The position numbers and the translations under genes were made by a program. A stretch of DNA of 63,591 bases, filler included, from Malassezia furfur (lineage: Eukaryota): NCBI GenBank assembly GCA_052055015.1. It is 3 parts of 3 records of this genome, joined end to end, with 100 filler letters (N's around TTAATTAATTAA, not from the genome) between each part and the next. Parts side by side here need not be neighbours in the genome. Positions count along the whole stretch, not along the records: positions 42,610 to 63,591 come from JBQJIT010000170.1; 2 more parts are not named here. One strand, given 5' to 3'. Shown piece by piece: positions 45,166 through 55,859 of the stretch. Under the pieces are notes generated by a model. The model did no database searches, was not told where the DNA came from, and saw only the letters and a program-made list of their open reading frames with translations. The stretch's first letter is position 1. Each line of letters starts with the position of its first letter.

Positions 45166-46759
45166 ATGAAAGTCGACAGCCTTCGCGAAGATGTGTCGAC
45201 AGAAGAGCATGCCCACAAAAGCAGCTTTCCGATAGTCGATGAAGAGAAAGATGTCCCGAATCTCGTTCCCAATGCTAATGAAGTGCAAGAGGATGAGGGG
45301 AAAGAGCACAAACCGTATCTTGTAACATGGGATGAAAACGACGCGCATGAATGTCCTCGCAACTGGTCTCGAAGATACCGAATGTTTATGGTATTTGTTG
45401 TGTCTCTGTATACACTCCTGATGCCTATATGCAGTACGATGAATGCGCCTGCTTTAGACACACTGAAAGAAGAGTTTCATGTGAGGTCTGCGCCTTTGAC
45501 GAACATGATGATGTCAACTACAGTGCTGGCATTTACGGTGGCCCCCATGATCTACTGGCCTATGAGTGAGCGAGTTGGACGCAAGTATATCCTCCAAGTT
45601 TCGAATATCATGTATGTGCGATTGCTCACGCAGATTTCTCCTGTTCAATGTTGGGAGTGGACTCTCTCAAAATGTGCAGCAGATGATCATCTTACGCTTC
45701 TTTGTTGGGTATGCGGGGTGTGCACCTGTTGCCATTGGTGCAGGGATCATTGCAGACCTGTTTGTCCCTGAAGACCGAGGCCATGCGATGGCAATGTATA
45801 CCCTTGCGCCGGTTCTTGGGCCATGTATTGGGCCTATCTTTTCAGGATGGATTATTCAAGGCTACGGAGAGAATAAGTGGCGCTGGATCTTCTGGACATC
45901 AACCATGTTTGGTGTGGCTGTGACCGTACTAGGCTTACTTGTTCTTCGCGAGACCTATGAGCCAATTTTGCTCGAACGGAAAGCCCGACGCCTTCGAAAA
46001 CAGACGGGGATCAAGGAGTGGCACACAAAGTATACTGTCAAAGAGACATTTATGACAAAGCTAGTTCATGGAATGATGCGTCCGTGCATCTTCTTTGCTA
46101 CTCAGCCCGTCGTGACGGTCTCATGCATCTATCAGTCCCTGCTTTTCGGCTGCCAGTATCTGCTCCTCGCATCATTCTCACGGGTGTTTAAAGAGCAGTA
46201 CGGACAGCCGGTCGGCATTGCATCGCTGCACTACATTGCTATGGCAATTGGATATGTCCTCAGTGGACAGATTGGCGGGCGTTTTGTGGATTGGAACTAC
46301 CGGCGTTTGAAAGCCAAAAATGGAGGCGTCGGAGTTCCCGAATTCAAATTACCGACCCTGATCGTCACCGGCGTGCTTATGCCAATCGGATTGCTTTTGT
46401 ACGGCTGGACGCTAGAGTACCGTGTACATTGGATTGTACCCGACATTGGGATTTTCATCATCGCGTGTGGTGTACGTATGGCGATGTTTGTGTGTCCACT
46501 GTATCTGGCAGACGCCATCACGCTGTATACGGCCTCGGCGACGAGCGCCCTCGTTATGACACGGGGCATGTTCTCCTTCACTTTTCCCCTATTTGCTCCG
46601 GATATGTACGAAACATTGGGTCAAGGTTGGGGCAACAGTGTCCTTGCGTTGTGCACGGCCCTCATTGGTCTTCCTGCCCCCTTCATCCTGTACCGGTACG
46701 GTGCGGCTCTCCGTGCACGATCTGCCTACTCGAAACGCGCCATGGAGCTGATGTCCTAA
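45166..46759 (+). CDS. MFS DHA1 drug:H+ antiporter, tandem copy 2
   Basis: Paralog of 43351-44974 with the same intron position (22 nt, 45612-45633). Confidence 0.9.
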
Positions 46760-46869
46760 CGCGCAAATACAAGGCCATGGTTGGGAAAAGCACCCTCATT
46801 GTATGCTTGTGGCCGCGTTATCTTCATGATGATACCATAACTGATTCTGTACAATACAACGTATATCTA

Positions 46870-48500
46870 TCATTGCGCTTCTGTTTTGGATGCCTCGTTT
46901 GCAATTTTGCGCTCTCGCACCGCATTCCAATGCGGCCCCCTTCGAATGACAAATTCCAATAGTGGCGCAGAAAGCACCAGGCTGCCTAGACCAAAGACGG
47001 TAAAGGTCCAGCCATTTCCAATGTCGTCAATGACATACTGAACAGCTGCAACAAAACCTGCTCCAACGAGACATCTCCCGATGTTTAGCGCCGCAGTTAC
47101 AGAGGCTGCCCGCCCTGGCGACAAGTCAACGAGGATAGTTTGGCTGCGTCAGCTGGGAATACACACATCGCGTTGAAGTAAAGAATACTCGCAAAGCTCA
47201 GCACAAACTGCAACACCATGGGTGCTGCAATATGCACTGGCTTGGACAAGACTTTGTAGTCAATGCACCACCCATTCGCAAGGGTGGTCACTGTGAACAA
47301 GACATTGAAGAGTAAAGCATGTCGGAGCCGAGCATGGTGAAGATTCATGTTATCGCCGTGCTTACGGCTCGCTTTCGCATACTCATAATCGAGCAGTTTT
47401 CCGGATACAACGCTCCCAATCGCGCTGCCTGCACCCAAAGGAATAAAGCAAAGGCCCGAGATAATAGAGTCGTATTCGTAGGCGGTTCTCAAGGTCGGCG
47501 ACAACGACGAAGACACCATCGTATACACTCCAAATGGGATCGAGAAACTGGTGATCATCAATGCCAAGTCTGCATGGCCAAACATGCGCCAAGGCTTATC
47601 GAACCCCATTGTACGGAGGTTCAAAGGTGGTGGCTTGTGCATCCATTCCCCCTTCTCTGTATCGCGCTTGTCCTGTTCAACAGTGTCGTCCGTCATTGAA
47701 ATGGGAATTACCGTACGCCATATGCCATACGGTTTCAAACTCCCATCTCCCACAAGGAAACGGAGAGATTCGGGAAGAATAAGGACCATTAGCAGCAAGT
47801 ATACCCCACCAAAGGCAGAGAGAAAGAAGAAAACGGCGTGCCAATTCCATGTTTGGGAGACGAGGCCACCCACGATAGGTCCCACAGCAGGGCCAAGCAA
47901 TGTGCCTGTTTGGAAAAAGCCCATATACGTTCCGCGCTCTTTACGGCGAGATACATCACTAATGCATCCTGCTCCAATAGAAATGGCGCTGCTTGCACCA
48001 CATGCCTGTAGCATCCTCAACACGAGAAGAAGCCAGTAAACGCGGGTAAAGGACAAGCCGAGATTAGCAATTAAGAAAACAACAAAGGTAAGAATTAGGA
48101 TGGGCCGTCGTCCGTACGTGTCAGAGAGGGGGGCCCATATCGATGGGGATATCCCTTGAAAAATCATATAGGTCGTCACGGAAAGCAACGTTTGACTGCT
48201 GTCAATGTCGAGGTCATGAGAAATGTCAGGCACGGCCGGCATATAAATATTCACGGAGAAAGGGCTCATGAACGCAGACGTAGAAGCCAGGACAACGATG
48301 AACACCTTTGCTCCTCTTTTGAACGCAGAATAATACTCTTCTTCGTCGTCGATATTGTCTTTTGTGTCATGCGGCGGAACTGGAACCTCAAGTGGCCCCA
48401 GTGATTCGAGATGCACGGAGCTCGCTTCGGAATGGTCCATACTCTTTGAATCACATTTGGACGGGGTGCTTAAACTGCTTCGTAGCCATTTCATAAGCAT
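46870..48500 (-). CDS. MFS DHA1 transporter (Qdr-like), left copy
   Basis: YSAF, NIYMPA, SDTYGRRP, LRMLQA, ERGTYMG..GPAVGPIVGG and LPESLR. 23-nt intron at 47144-47166. Start could be 48500, 48494 or 48440. Confidence 0.88.
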
Positions 48501-48691
48501 GTGAGGAATGTTTGGCAAAGAATGACTTCCCAATGCTCATATGGCCCGCTTTCGGATGTTACTGCTGGTCTGGACGATTCAATTTTTTTTCCACGGCGAC
48601 TGCCCTGACCACCACGTGGATAGTTACGCACGGACCTACTTTGTACCATGAAATTGGAAAGGTGGATTTAGCTATCGCTAGAGTATGCACA

Positions 48692-49801
48692 TTAAGCCGC
48701 ACCTTCGACGCCGACAGAAGCAGCCAGGTTGCATTGCCGGAAAATTCGCACCTCGTTGTCGGCAAATGCACCAACAACAGAATGAAGGACACCACGGTTG
48801 TGGAAGAGGACAAGGTCACCCTCTTCCCAATCATGAGGGTAGACGTATTCCGGTGCGATGGCTGGTCGCTGGAGTTTGTATACAGTATCCCGGACCTTTT
48901 GGAGATCGTCAATCACTGTACCATCGGCCAGGTGGATCTTGCGGATGGCAGAGGGGTGAATCTGCAGCGCAAGCTTCCCGGTGGAAGGGTTCTTCCACAC
49001 CATAGGCAAGATCTGGATCTTGTCCTGCTCAATGGGCGGAAGCTCGTCCTCCGTAAGCTCCTTTCCCTCCGTATAAAGACCCAATCCTGTCGGGAGAGCG
49101 CTACATTTGCTCATCCAGATGTAAGGGTGAGGTGCATATTCGATCTTGCTGCTCTTCACAAACTCCTTGTCCTCGTCGGAAAGAAGCTCGTACATCGTTT
49201 CACCACTGACAAAAGCAGTCGTGCCAAGAGGTACGTCTAGTTTGTCCTCGGTGCCATCATCATAAAGCAAAGTCTGCCGCCGCCCTGCAGGCACTGAGAC
49301 GGCCATAAGAGTTGTGACTTTTGGCGGGCTCCTTCCGTACAGGGCAGCATCAATGTGCCAACGGTAGAATCGGGTGAAGTCCAAGTCCTTCTCTTCCGGG
49401 ATGCGATCACGATGAAAGGTTTTATGATGAGGGTGTCTGAGCTGAATATCCTTCAGACCTTCAAAGTCCTTCACGAACCCGTTCCCAATAACTTGCACCT
49501 GGGGTTGATGCGGAATGGTCTTCAGATCAGGATGCAAGATACTCTTGGCCGAGTTGGGCACGTCTGTTCCATGACCATATGTGTCAGTCTCGGGGTCAAA
49601 GAGCCTTGTCAATTCATACTGGGCCTTGGGCGTAACATGACCTTGGTTCTTAAACAAGATAACATGATGCTTGTATAGTGCATCGTGGATCGTCTTGAAG
49701 TCTTCATCAGAGATATTCTGAAGATCGACACCGTCAATCTGAGCACCAAAGTTGACTTTGCTCCCGGCAGCGGGTGTGAAAGGCTTGACTTGAGCAGGCA
49801 T
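48692..49801 (-). CDS. xanA: Alpha-ketoglutarate/Fe(II)-dependent xanthine dioxygenase (TauD/XanA family)
   Basis: KSILHPDLKTIPHQPQVQVIGNG, TRFYRWHIDAALY (HxD), PPKVTTL, LGTTAFVSG and WEEGDLVLFHNRGVLHSVVGAF match fungal XanA as recalled; purine-cluster context supports it. Confidence 0.88.
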   Translation of the reverse strand: MPAQVKPFTPAAGSKVNFGAQIDGVDLQNISDEDFKTIHDALYKHHVILFKNQGHVTPKAQYELTRLFDPETDTYGHGTDVPNSAKSILHPDLKTIPHQPQVQVIGNGFVKDFEGLKDIQLRHPHHKTFHRDRIPEEKDLDFTRFYRWHIDAALYGRSPPKVTTLMAVSVPAGRRQTLLYDDGTEDKLDVPLGTTAFVSGETMYELLSDEDKEFVKSSKIEYAPHPYIWMSKCSALPTGLGLYTEGKELTEDELPPIEQDKIQILPMVWKNPSTGKLALQIHPSAIRKIHLADGTVIDDLQKVRDTVYKLQRPAIAPEYVYPHDWEEGDLVLFHNRGVLHSVVGAFADNEVRIFRQCNLAASVGVEGAA

Positions 49802-49852
49802 GGTTAACGGAGAGAGATGTATCCCCACACCGATCTAGCTTAAGAGCGGTCC

Positions 49853-49935
49853 CTTATCTGCGGACTCCGCCAAACCACTATTTCTCCCACTTATCAGCGT
49901 ATGAATCAACACTTGCATAATATTTACTGCTTATC
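49853..49935 (-). promoter_or_regulatory. Three GATAAG sites upstream of xanA
   Basis: cttatc at 49853, 49890 and 49930. Confidence 0.55.
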
Positions 49936-50046
49936 AATCGTTTCTGAACGATTCGTGCACATATGTACGACCTTATGACAAAATTCCACCTTAGCACACA
50001 AGTACTCTGTAACTGGTGCTTACAAGGACCTCTCGGTGGAGAGCGC

Positions 50047-51765
50047 CTAGGGTTTGAAATCCTCATTTGTCACAACCGGCTTTTCGGTCGTGTCTGTAGG
50101 ACTTTCCTTGCCACTCTGGTGAACATTGTCATCAAGCATATCCTCGTAGGTTTCGCCTTGCGTGCCATAGTTGTAAGCACCGGCAAACTCGTGCGTAAAG
50201 TCGGACTCGTCGATCTCCTTGAAGTGACGGTTCATGCCCTGAGGAGGAACAGCCAGACAGCAGAGGATATAAACCAAAGCAGAAGAGAAAGTGCCTGTAA
50301 TCCATGCAAGGTCGAAAACATGAATCCAGCCATCCGAAACATGAACGCTGTCATTCACAGTTGCAATAAAACCGGGAGCATTGATGCCAAAGCCAACGAA
50401 ATAGGCAAGGTAGGCCCTCCAGTTGATACCCCATGTGTACCAGTACCAGCCGTGCTTGTCCAGGGTATACAGGTCGGCCACATTGTAGTGCCCACGACGA
50501 ATTAGATAATAGTCAGCGAACATAGGACCGGCGATACAAGAAAGAAGAACGCTGAAAGCGCTCAGGTAGTTGAGGAATTGGTTCGAAGATGTGTAGAGCC
50601 TCCAAGGGTTCATGACAATGGCCACAAGTGCCGAAACGTAACCACCGCGACGAATGTTGATAAACCTGGGGCAAAGTGCGGTCAAATCGCAGCCCGCAGA
50701 AACGGAATTCGCCGCAACGTTCGTAAGAAGCTGCACATAGACGAAACCAGCCGAAATAAACCACAGCCCAACACGAGTTCCGGTGGTCGGGTTCTGGTCG
50801 CCATCGAGCATACGGTTCATGATGGTGACAATATCCCAAAGATCCTCGTTGAACATGACTTGCGCAGCCTTTCCAATAGCGATACCAATGAACGAGGTGA
50901 CAACGAAGACGGCAGGAACAGTAATGAGCTGAGGCCACAGTGCAGCACTGCGCGATTTAGCAGGCGAAGCAAAGTCAGGCGCATTGACGATCAGGGGGAA
51001 CATGTTGTTGAATGCGACAGCAATGCCTCGAATGACTTGCCATGTCAGAGCGGACCCTTCCAAGTTAGCCGAACCGTTAAAGTTATTGAAAACATTAGAC
51101 CGGCCGGCCCGCGAGATGGTCCAACCGAACAAGGAAAAACCGACGATCGGTCCGATAAGCGCTTTAGCGGTGAAAAGGTGGCGAAGCTTGTGAAGCGGCA
51201 CCCAGATCGTTGGAAGCATGAGCAGCCAATAAATCACATAACACAGAATAAAAGACGATTGCGTCTGGGACTCGGGCGACATGATGTTGGGGATGTCCTG
51301 ATCGATGGTGTGCCACATTGTTCGAAGCCATACATGAACACATTCGCCGCCAAGCCATGACTGCACACCGGCCCAGATGCAGGCCATACCGGCGCGATTG
51401 ATGATGGGCCAATAGGACCCAAAAATACCGAATGATGTCCGACAAACTGCCGGGAACTTGATGTGGTATACCGCACCGGGACGCGCATTGAAAACCACGT
51501 ATACACCAACAAGCGAATAACCGATGGCCAGAGCCACAATTGCTTGCCATACGTTCAGGCCTTGGACGACCAAAGCCGAAGACATTGTGAAAGTGTTCAG
51601 GTTGAAGCCATCCGCAATCCAGAAGTTCATGAAGTTGATCCAGTCCCAAGTACGTTTTTCGGGAGGAACAGGCATGAGATCTTCATTGGCGACTTGAAGT
51701 TCGGCGCCAGACATGCCTTCCGGCCGCCGTGTCTCGATTTTCTCGACCAATTTCTTGAACTTCAT
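50047..51765 (-). CDS. NCS1 nucleobase:cation symporter (Fur4/Dal4-like uracil/allantoin/urate permease)
   Basis: NEDLMPVPPEKRTW..FWIAD, GAVYHIKFPAVCRTSFG, NAPDF, NVAANSVSAGCDLTALCPRFINIRRG, PW and GINWRA. Confidence 0.92.
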   Translation of the reverse strand: MKFKKLVEKIETRRPEGMSGAELQVANEDLMPVPPEKRTWDWINFMNFWIADGFNLNTFTMSSALVVQGLNVWQAIVALAIGYSLVGVYVVFNARPGAVYHIKFPAVCRTSFGIFGSYWPIINRAGMACIWAGVQSWLGGECVHVWLRTMWHTIDQDIPNIMSPESQTQSSFILCYVIYWLLMLPTIWVPLHKLRHLFTAKALIGPIVGFSLFGWTISRAGRSNVFNNFNGSANLEGSALTWQVIRGIAVAFNNMFPLIVNAPDFASPAKSRSAALWPQLITVPAVFVVTSFIGIAIGKAAQVMFNEDLWDIVTIMNRMLDGDQNPTTGTRVGLWFISAGFVYVQLLTNVAANSVSAGCDLTALCPRFINIRRGGYVSALVAIVMNPWRLYTSSNQFLNYLSAFSVLLSCIAGPMFADYYLIRRGHYNVADLYTLDKHGWYWYTWGINWRAYLAYFVGFGINAPGFIATVNDSVHVSDGWIHVFDLAWITGTFSSALVYILCCLAVPPQGMNRHFKEIDESDFTHEFAGAYNYGTQGETYEDMLDDNVHQSGKESPTDTTEKPVVTNEDFKP

Positions 51766-51794
51766 GATGTGCGCGAAGGAATGAATGATGAAGC

Positions 51795-51935
51795 GATAAG
51801 CGCATTTTAAGTATGAGTCTAGAGCTCTCGTACCTTGGCATTACTAGACCCTCTTTTCAAAAAAAGATAAATGCTATCTCTAATCAGGGCTGAGTCAGAT
51901 AATGCTTATCAAGTTGGATGGCCACGCATCTTATC
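51795..51935. promoter_or_regulatory. Divergent NCS1/hpyO promoter with a GATA cluster and a TGAGTCA site
   Basis: GATAA or TTATC at 51795, 51866, 51898, 51905 and 51930; TGAGTCA at 51891-51897. Confidence 0.6.
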
Positions 51936-52006
51936 AGGGCACATATGCATGTGCTACGAGATGACACATATAGGACATGTCGGAACCATTTCTACTCTGA
52001 AAGACC

Positions 52007-53587
52007 ATGTCTCAAATCACACTACCTTGGAACGATGCCGCTAAAGTTGCGGGGATGCCTATACCTGAGTGTGACAACCTTCTCCCAGATGCCAAGGAGA
52101 GGCTGACTGCACTTGTGGATCGAATCAAACAAGATATTACCACGACCAACCACCATGCTGACTGGATCCCCCGTGTCAATGACGATGCATCATCTCCTGT
52201 GCAGGATGTTGTCATCATTGGTGCAGGTCAAGCTGGTATGGGTGTTGCTTTCGCACTCAAGCGGGAGCGCATCGATCGTGTGCTCGTTTTGGACGCAGGC
52301 GACGACCCATCCCGCGTAGGACCTTGGAATAGGTATGCGCGGATGCACACGCTTCGCAGCCCCAAGCGCATGAAAGGGATCGAGCTTGATGTGCCTAGTC
52401 TCCACATTCAGCGTTGGTTTGAGGCATGCTACGGAGAGAGGGCTTGGGCCGAAACGGACCTAGTTCCTCGTCTCGATTGGAACGACTACCTCGTGTTTTA
52501 CCGATGGGTGACGGGGATCGACGTTCGCCATCATTCCAAAGTTACTGCTGTCCATCGTCCTGAGACCGAGGATGGACCCTTTGCCGTCGAGGTGGTCGAA
52601 GCTGGCAATCCCGAATCTGTGACGAAGGTTATTCATGCGCGTCGCATTGTCTTTTCTTTGGGATTGATTGGTGGCGGTGGCATCAATGTTCCGGACATGA
52701 TTAGCAGTCTGCCTCGCTCGCGCTGGTATCACACCGAAGAAGAGTTCGACATGAGTTCCATGGATGGCAAGCGTGTGGCTGTCTTGGGTGGAGGTGCTTC
52801 TGGTTTCGATAATGCCGGCACAATCTTGGAGGCTGGAGCTTCCAAGGCCATTGTGTTTATGCGCCGGAATGAGGTGCCCAACAGCAACCCACTGCGCTGG
52901 ATGGAATTCCCTGGTATGCAAGAGCATTTCTTCGACCTTACCGATGAACAAAAGCTAGAATTCACACTGTACAACGGTGGCCTTCCTCAACCTCCAACGC
53001 AACATACCATCTGGCGCTGCTTTGCTCAGCCCAACTTTGAGCTTCGTATGGCAGAGAAGTTTACAAGCATCGAGGATACCGGCAAAGAACTCGTCATCCA
53101 CTCGGTGAACGAGAAGGGTGAGACGTTTGTGTACCATGTTGACCTGGTCATTGCTGCGACAGGCTACAAAGTTAATCTTGCATTGCGCCCAGAAATGAGC
53201 GAGTTTGTCTCCGAGATCCAGACATGGTCTGAGGCGTACCCCCCGTCGACGGAGACGTGGGTCGGCCCGAGCCCTTACTTGGGCACCGGTTTCGAATTTA
53301 CCCCTCGCGACTCCTCTGCTCCCTGGATCCGCCGGCTGCACCACTTTTCGACTGGAGCACGGGCATCCATGGGCGTTACAGGCAACCAATTGTCTGGTAT
53401 TTATGGCGGTCTGAAACGCATGGCCTGGTCCATCGCTACGTCAATTACGAGGGAGAGCTGGCCAACGCTTATGAGTGACTTCCGCCGCTTCGAGCACATT
53501 GAAGTTACAAACGTTGGCAAGCATGAACCAGGAAACAGACCCTATGCCAGTGGACCTCGCTTTTTGGGTGAGCGCACGGTAGTATAA
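52007..53587 (+). CDS. hpyO: FAD/NAD(P)H-dependent monooxygenase, HpyO-type urate hydroxylase-like (bacterial family)
   Basis: Two Rossmann motifs (DVVIIGAGQAG; VAVLGGGASGFD). GPW..ARM.TLRSPK...WFEA.YG..AW....PRL.W.DYL..YR, ATGY and PYLG.GFEF match bacterial HpyO as recalled. Lies next to an HIU hydrolase. Confidence 0.78.
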   Translation: MSQITLPWNDAAKVAGMPIPECDNLLPDAKERLTALVDRIKQDITTTNHHADWIPRVNDDASSPVQDVVIIGAGQAGMGVAFALKRERIDRVLVLDAGDDPSRVGPWNRYARMHTLRSPKRMKGIELDVPSLHIQRWFEACYGERAWAETDLVPRLDWNDYLVFYRWVTGIDVRHHSKVTAVHRPETEDGPFAVEVVEAGNPESVTKVIHARRIVFSLGLIGGGGINVPDMISSLPRSRWYHTEEEFDMSSMDGKRVAVLGGGASGFDNAGTILEAGASKAIVFMRRNEVPNSNPLRWMEFPGMQEHFFDLTDEQKLEFTLYNGGLPQPPTQHTIWRCFAQPNFELRMAEKFTSIEDTGKELVIHSVNEKGETFVYHVDLVIAATGYKVNLALRPEMSEFVSEIQTWSEAYPPSTETWVGPSPYLGTGFEFTPRDSSAPWIRRLHHFSTGARASMGVTGNQLSGIYGGLKRMAWSIATSITRESWPTLMSDFRRFEHIEVTNVGKHEPGNRPYASGPRFLGERTVV

Positions 53588-53604
53588 CCATTCTTTTCTT
53601 TCAT

Positions 53605-53931
53605 TTACGATCCGCGATAGGTACTAAATCCAAAAGGTGACAAAATCAAAGGAACATGATAGTGTGAACTCGCGTCAGCAACGTTGAAAAAAATTTCAAC
53701 TTTTGGATAGAAGTACGCCTTGATATTTTGTGCTTCAAAGTAGGACGCAGTGTCGAAAACCATCCGATAGGTTCCAGTCTCAAGTTGGACACCTGAGAGA
53801 TCACTGGTCCTGCCGTCCGAATTCGTTGTGCCAGACCCAATCAGGGCATCATCCGATTTAAATAGCTTGAATGGCACACCCTCAGCAGGCTTCCCGAGAC
53901 TTGTGTCCAGAACGTGGGTGGAAATGGTCAT
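53605..53931 (-). CDS. uraH: 5-hydroxyisourate hydrolase (transthyretin-like)
   Basis: MTISTHVLDTSLGKPA, TNSDGR and HYHVPLILSPFGFSTYRGS with the diagnostic C-terminal YRGS. Confidence 0.95.
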   Translation of the reverse strand: MTISTHVLDTSLGKPAEGVPFKLFKSDDALIGSGTTNSDGRTSDLSGVQLETGTYRMVFDTASYFEAQNIKAYFYPKVEIFFNVADASSHYHVPLILSPFGFSTYRGS

Positions 53932-54575
53932 CGTTGATGTGGGTGTCGAAGAAGGTAAGCTTTCCCAACGATGATAAGGGTGTATCACGTGTCTCGCACG
54001 GACCAGTTGGGAAAGGATCAGCCTGAGCGTGTTACTGTATCTTCAGCGGAACACAAGTGGCCGAACTTGTTTGTAATAAGCCCTGCCAAGGTGGATAAAG
54101 CGATAATCTCTTTGTATTTTGCATTATACACCTGGATGTTACCCCGGCTACAGGGACCGACTTTTGACAGATTGGGAAACAGCCTTAGATTAGAGGCTCG
54201 ATTAGGGCATTCATCTTCCTATGGAAATTTCTGAACTCAAATTTGATGTCAGGGTAACCAAGTACACCGTTTTGGCTACGTTTTAAAAAAGCGACTTGGA
54301 TAGGGTATCCTATCCCATCTCCACGAATGGGTGAATTCGGAAACACTTCTTTTGCGAAAATATGAACGCGAACTATCGTCTTAACCCTGCACCATATCCG
54401 GCTTAGTTCTTTGCAGTCCCTGCTGGCACCCCTCCCACAATGCATGTTCGAAATATATGTGAAAGCGTTGTATTGGGTCCAGCAGGATCGCCGGTCCGAC
54501 TTGGCAGGTGGGGTACAGTCATAATGTGGAGAATGTCAGGTGCATACCAATCATTAGGGTTCTTTATCTAACACC

Positions 54576-55736
54576 ATGACGTTCCAGCCGATCTCAGAAG
54601 AAGAATTGGGCCGCACGCTCGCCATCACCTCGGTAGAAGTGTCGTCCTCTGCGCTGGGTGGTAAAGTGCTTGGATGCTCGGACGAATGGTTCGCAGCGGC
54701 CACGAACCTGATCAAGCCTGGACCTGCCCAGTCCCTCAAGGGGCAGTTTGGTCCGAACGGCGCTCTCTATGACGGTTGGGAGTCGCGCCGGCACAATCCT
54801 ACGTATGATTGGGCCATTATCCGTCTTGGTCCTTCTGGTGGTGGTCGTATTACTGGCTTTGACGTTGATACTACCACCTTTAATGGCAACGAAGGCCCGG
54901 CGGCGGCGGTGTACGGCGCCTACCTCCCGGAGGGCGAGCAAGACCCCGGCGCGGACGACAGCGTGTGGGAGCTCGTCCTTCCCGAGATTCCCTGTGGCCC
55001 TCTTGCCCACCACATCTACTCGTACTCGGACCCCGAAGGGACGCCCAAAGCCTACACGCACGTCAAACTCCATATGATCCCCGACGGTGGAATTTCGCGG
55101 TTCCGTGTGTACGGTGTAGTGCAAGTCCCGCCGGTGGGTAGTGGTGTGAGTGAGCAGGTCATTCCGGACCACTCCGAGCTGAATACGCTGGATCTTGCGC
55201 ATGTGCTCAACGGCGGCCGCGTCGTGTTTACCAACGACCAGCACTTTGGCATTGGTCCTAACCTTCTTTTGCCAGGGCGTGGCAAGGATATGGGCGACGG
55301 GTGGGAAACGAAGCGTTCGCGCCAGCCCAACCACTTTGACTGGGTAGTGGTCCGTCTTGGTGAGCCGGGCGTGTTGAGCTACATCGAGGTGGACACGATC
55401 CATTTCCTTGGCAATTTCCCCGAGAGCTTTGTTCTCGACGGCTGCAACTTCCAAGGTCCGGGTGACATTCCGCCTGAGCACCATGATCTGAAATCCGCGC
55501 AATGGACTCCCCTGGTGTCGCGTACGAAGCTAGGCCCAGGCAAGCAGCACTATTTCGAGATCGAGAAGTCGAGTCGCGACAAGGTCTTTACGCATGTTCG
55601 TTTGACCATCTTCCCCGATGGCGGCATCAAGCGCTTGCGCATCATTGGCCGTCGTGCCAAGGCATTGGAGGCAGCGGGGATCACAAGCGATGCGCAGCGT
55701 GCGGACCTGCCCACTGTGCCCCTTCCTAGCGCATAA
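54576..55736 (+). CDS. DAL2: Allantoicase
   Basis: Two allantoicase repeats: SDEWFAAA.NL..DGWESRRH..PDGGISRFRVYG and DQHFG..NLLLPGRGKDMGDGWETKRSR..PDGGIKRLRIIG. Confidence 0.94.
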   Translation: MTFQPISEEELGRTLAITSVEVSSSALGGKVLGCSDEWFAAATNLIKPGPAQSLKGQFGPNGALYDGWESRRHNPTYDWAIIRLGPSGGGRITGFDVDTTTFNGNEGPAAAVYGAYLPEGEQDPGADDSVWELVLPEIPCGPLAHHIYSYSDPEGTPKAYTHVKLHMIPDGGISRFRVYGVVQVPPVGSGVSEQVIPDHSELNTLDLAHVLNGGRVVFTNDQHFGIGPNLLLPGRGKDMGDGWETKRSRQPNHFDWVVVRLGEPGVLSYIEVDTIHFLGNFPESFVLDGCNFQGPGDIPPEHHDLKSAQWTPLVSRTKLGPGKQHYFEIEKSSRDKVFTHVRLTIFPDGGIKRLRIIGRRAKALEAAGITSDAQRADLPTVPLPSA

Positions 55737-55859
55737 AAAAAAAAAAAAAAAAATGGCGCCGTGCGGCATGCCAGTGCGCTTATTTTCGTAGCAATGATAC
55801 GAAAATGAAAAAATGATTGTAACAAAGTACGTCGGCAAGCGCTATTGTGTGACAAAGTT

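Noticed and set aside
43351..48500. Split ORFs suggesting pseudogenes (MFS genes; also OCT1, LETM1, GST, ROT1)
   Set aside because: Each break is resolved by a canonical short GT-AG intron, conserved in position between paralogs where paralogs exist.
53932..54575. Hidden OHCU decarboxylase or lyase gene in the 644-nt spacer
   Set aside because: The short ORFs here show no recognisable motifs. It is best read as a divergent promoter.
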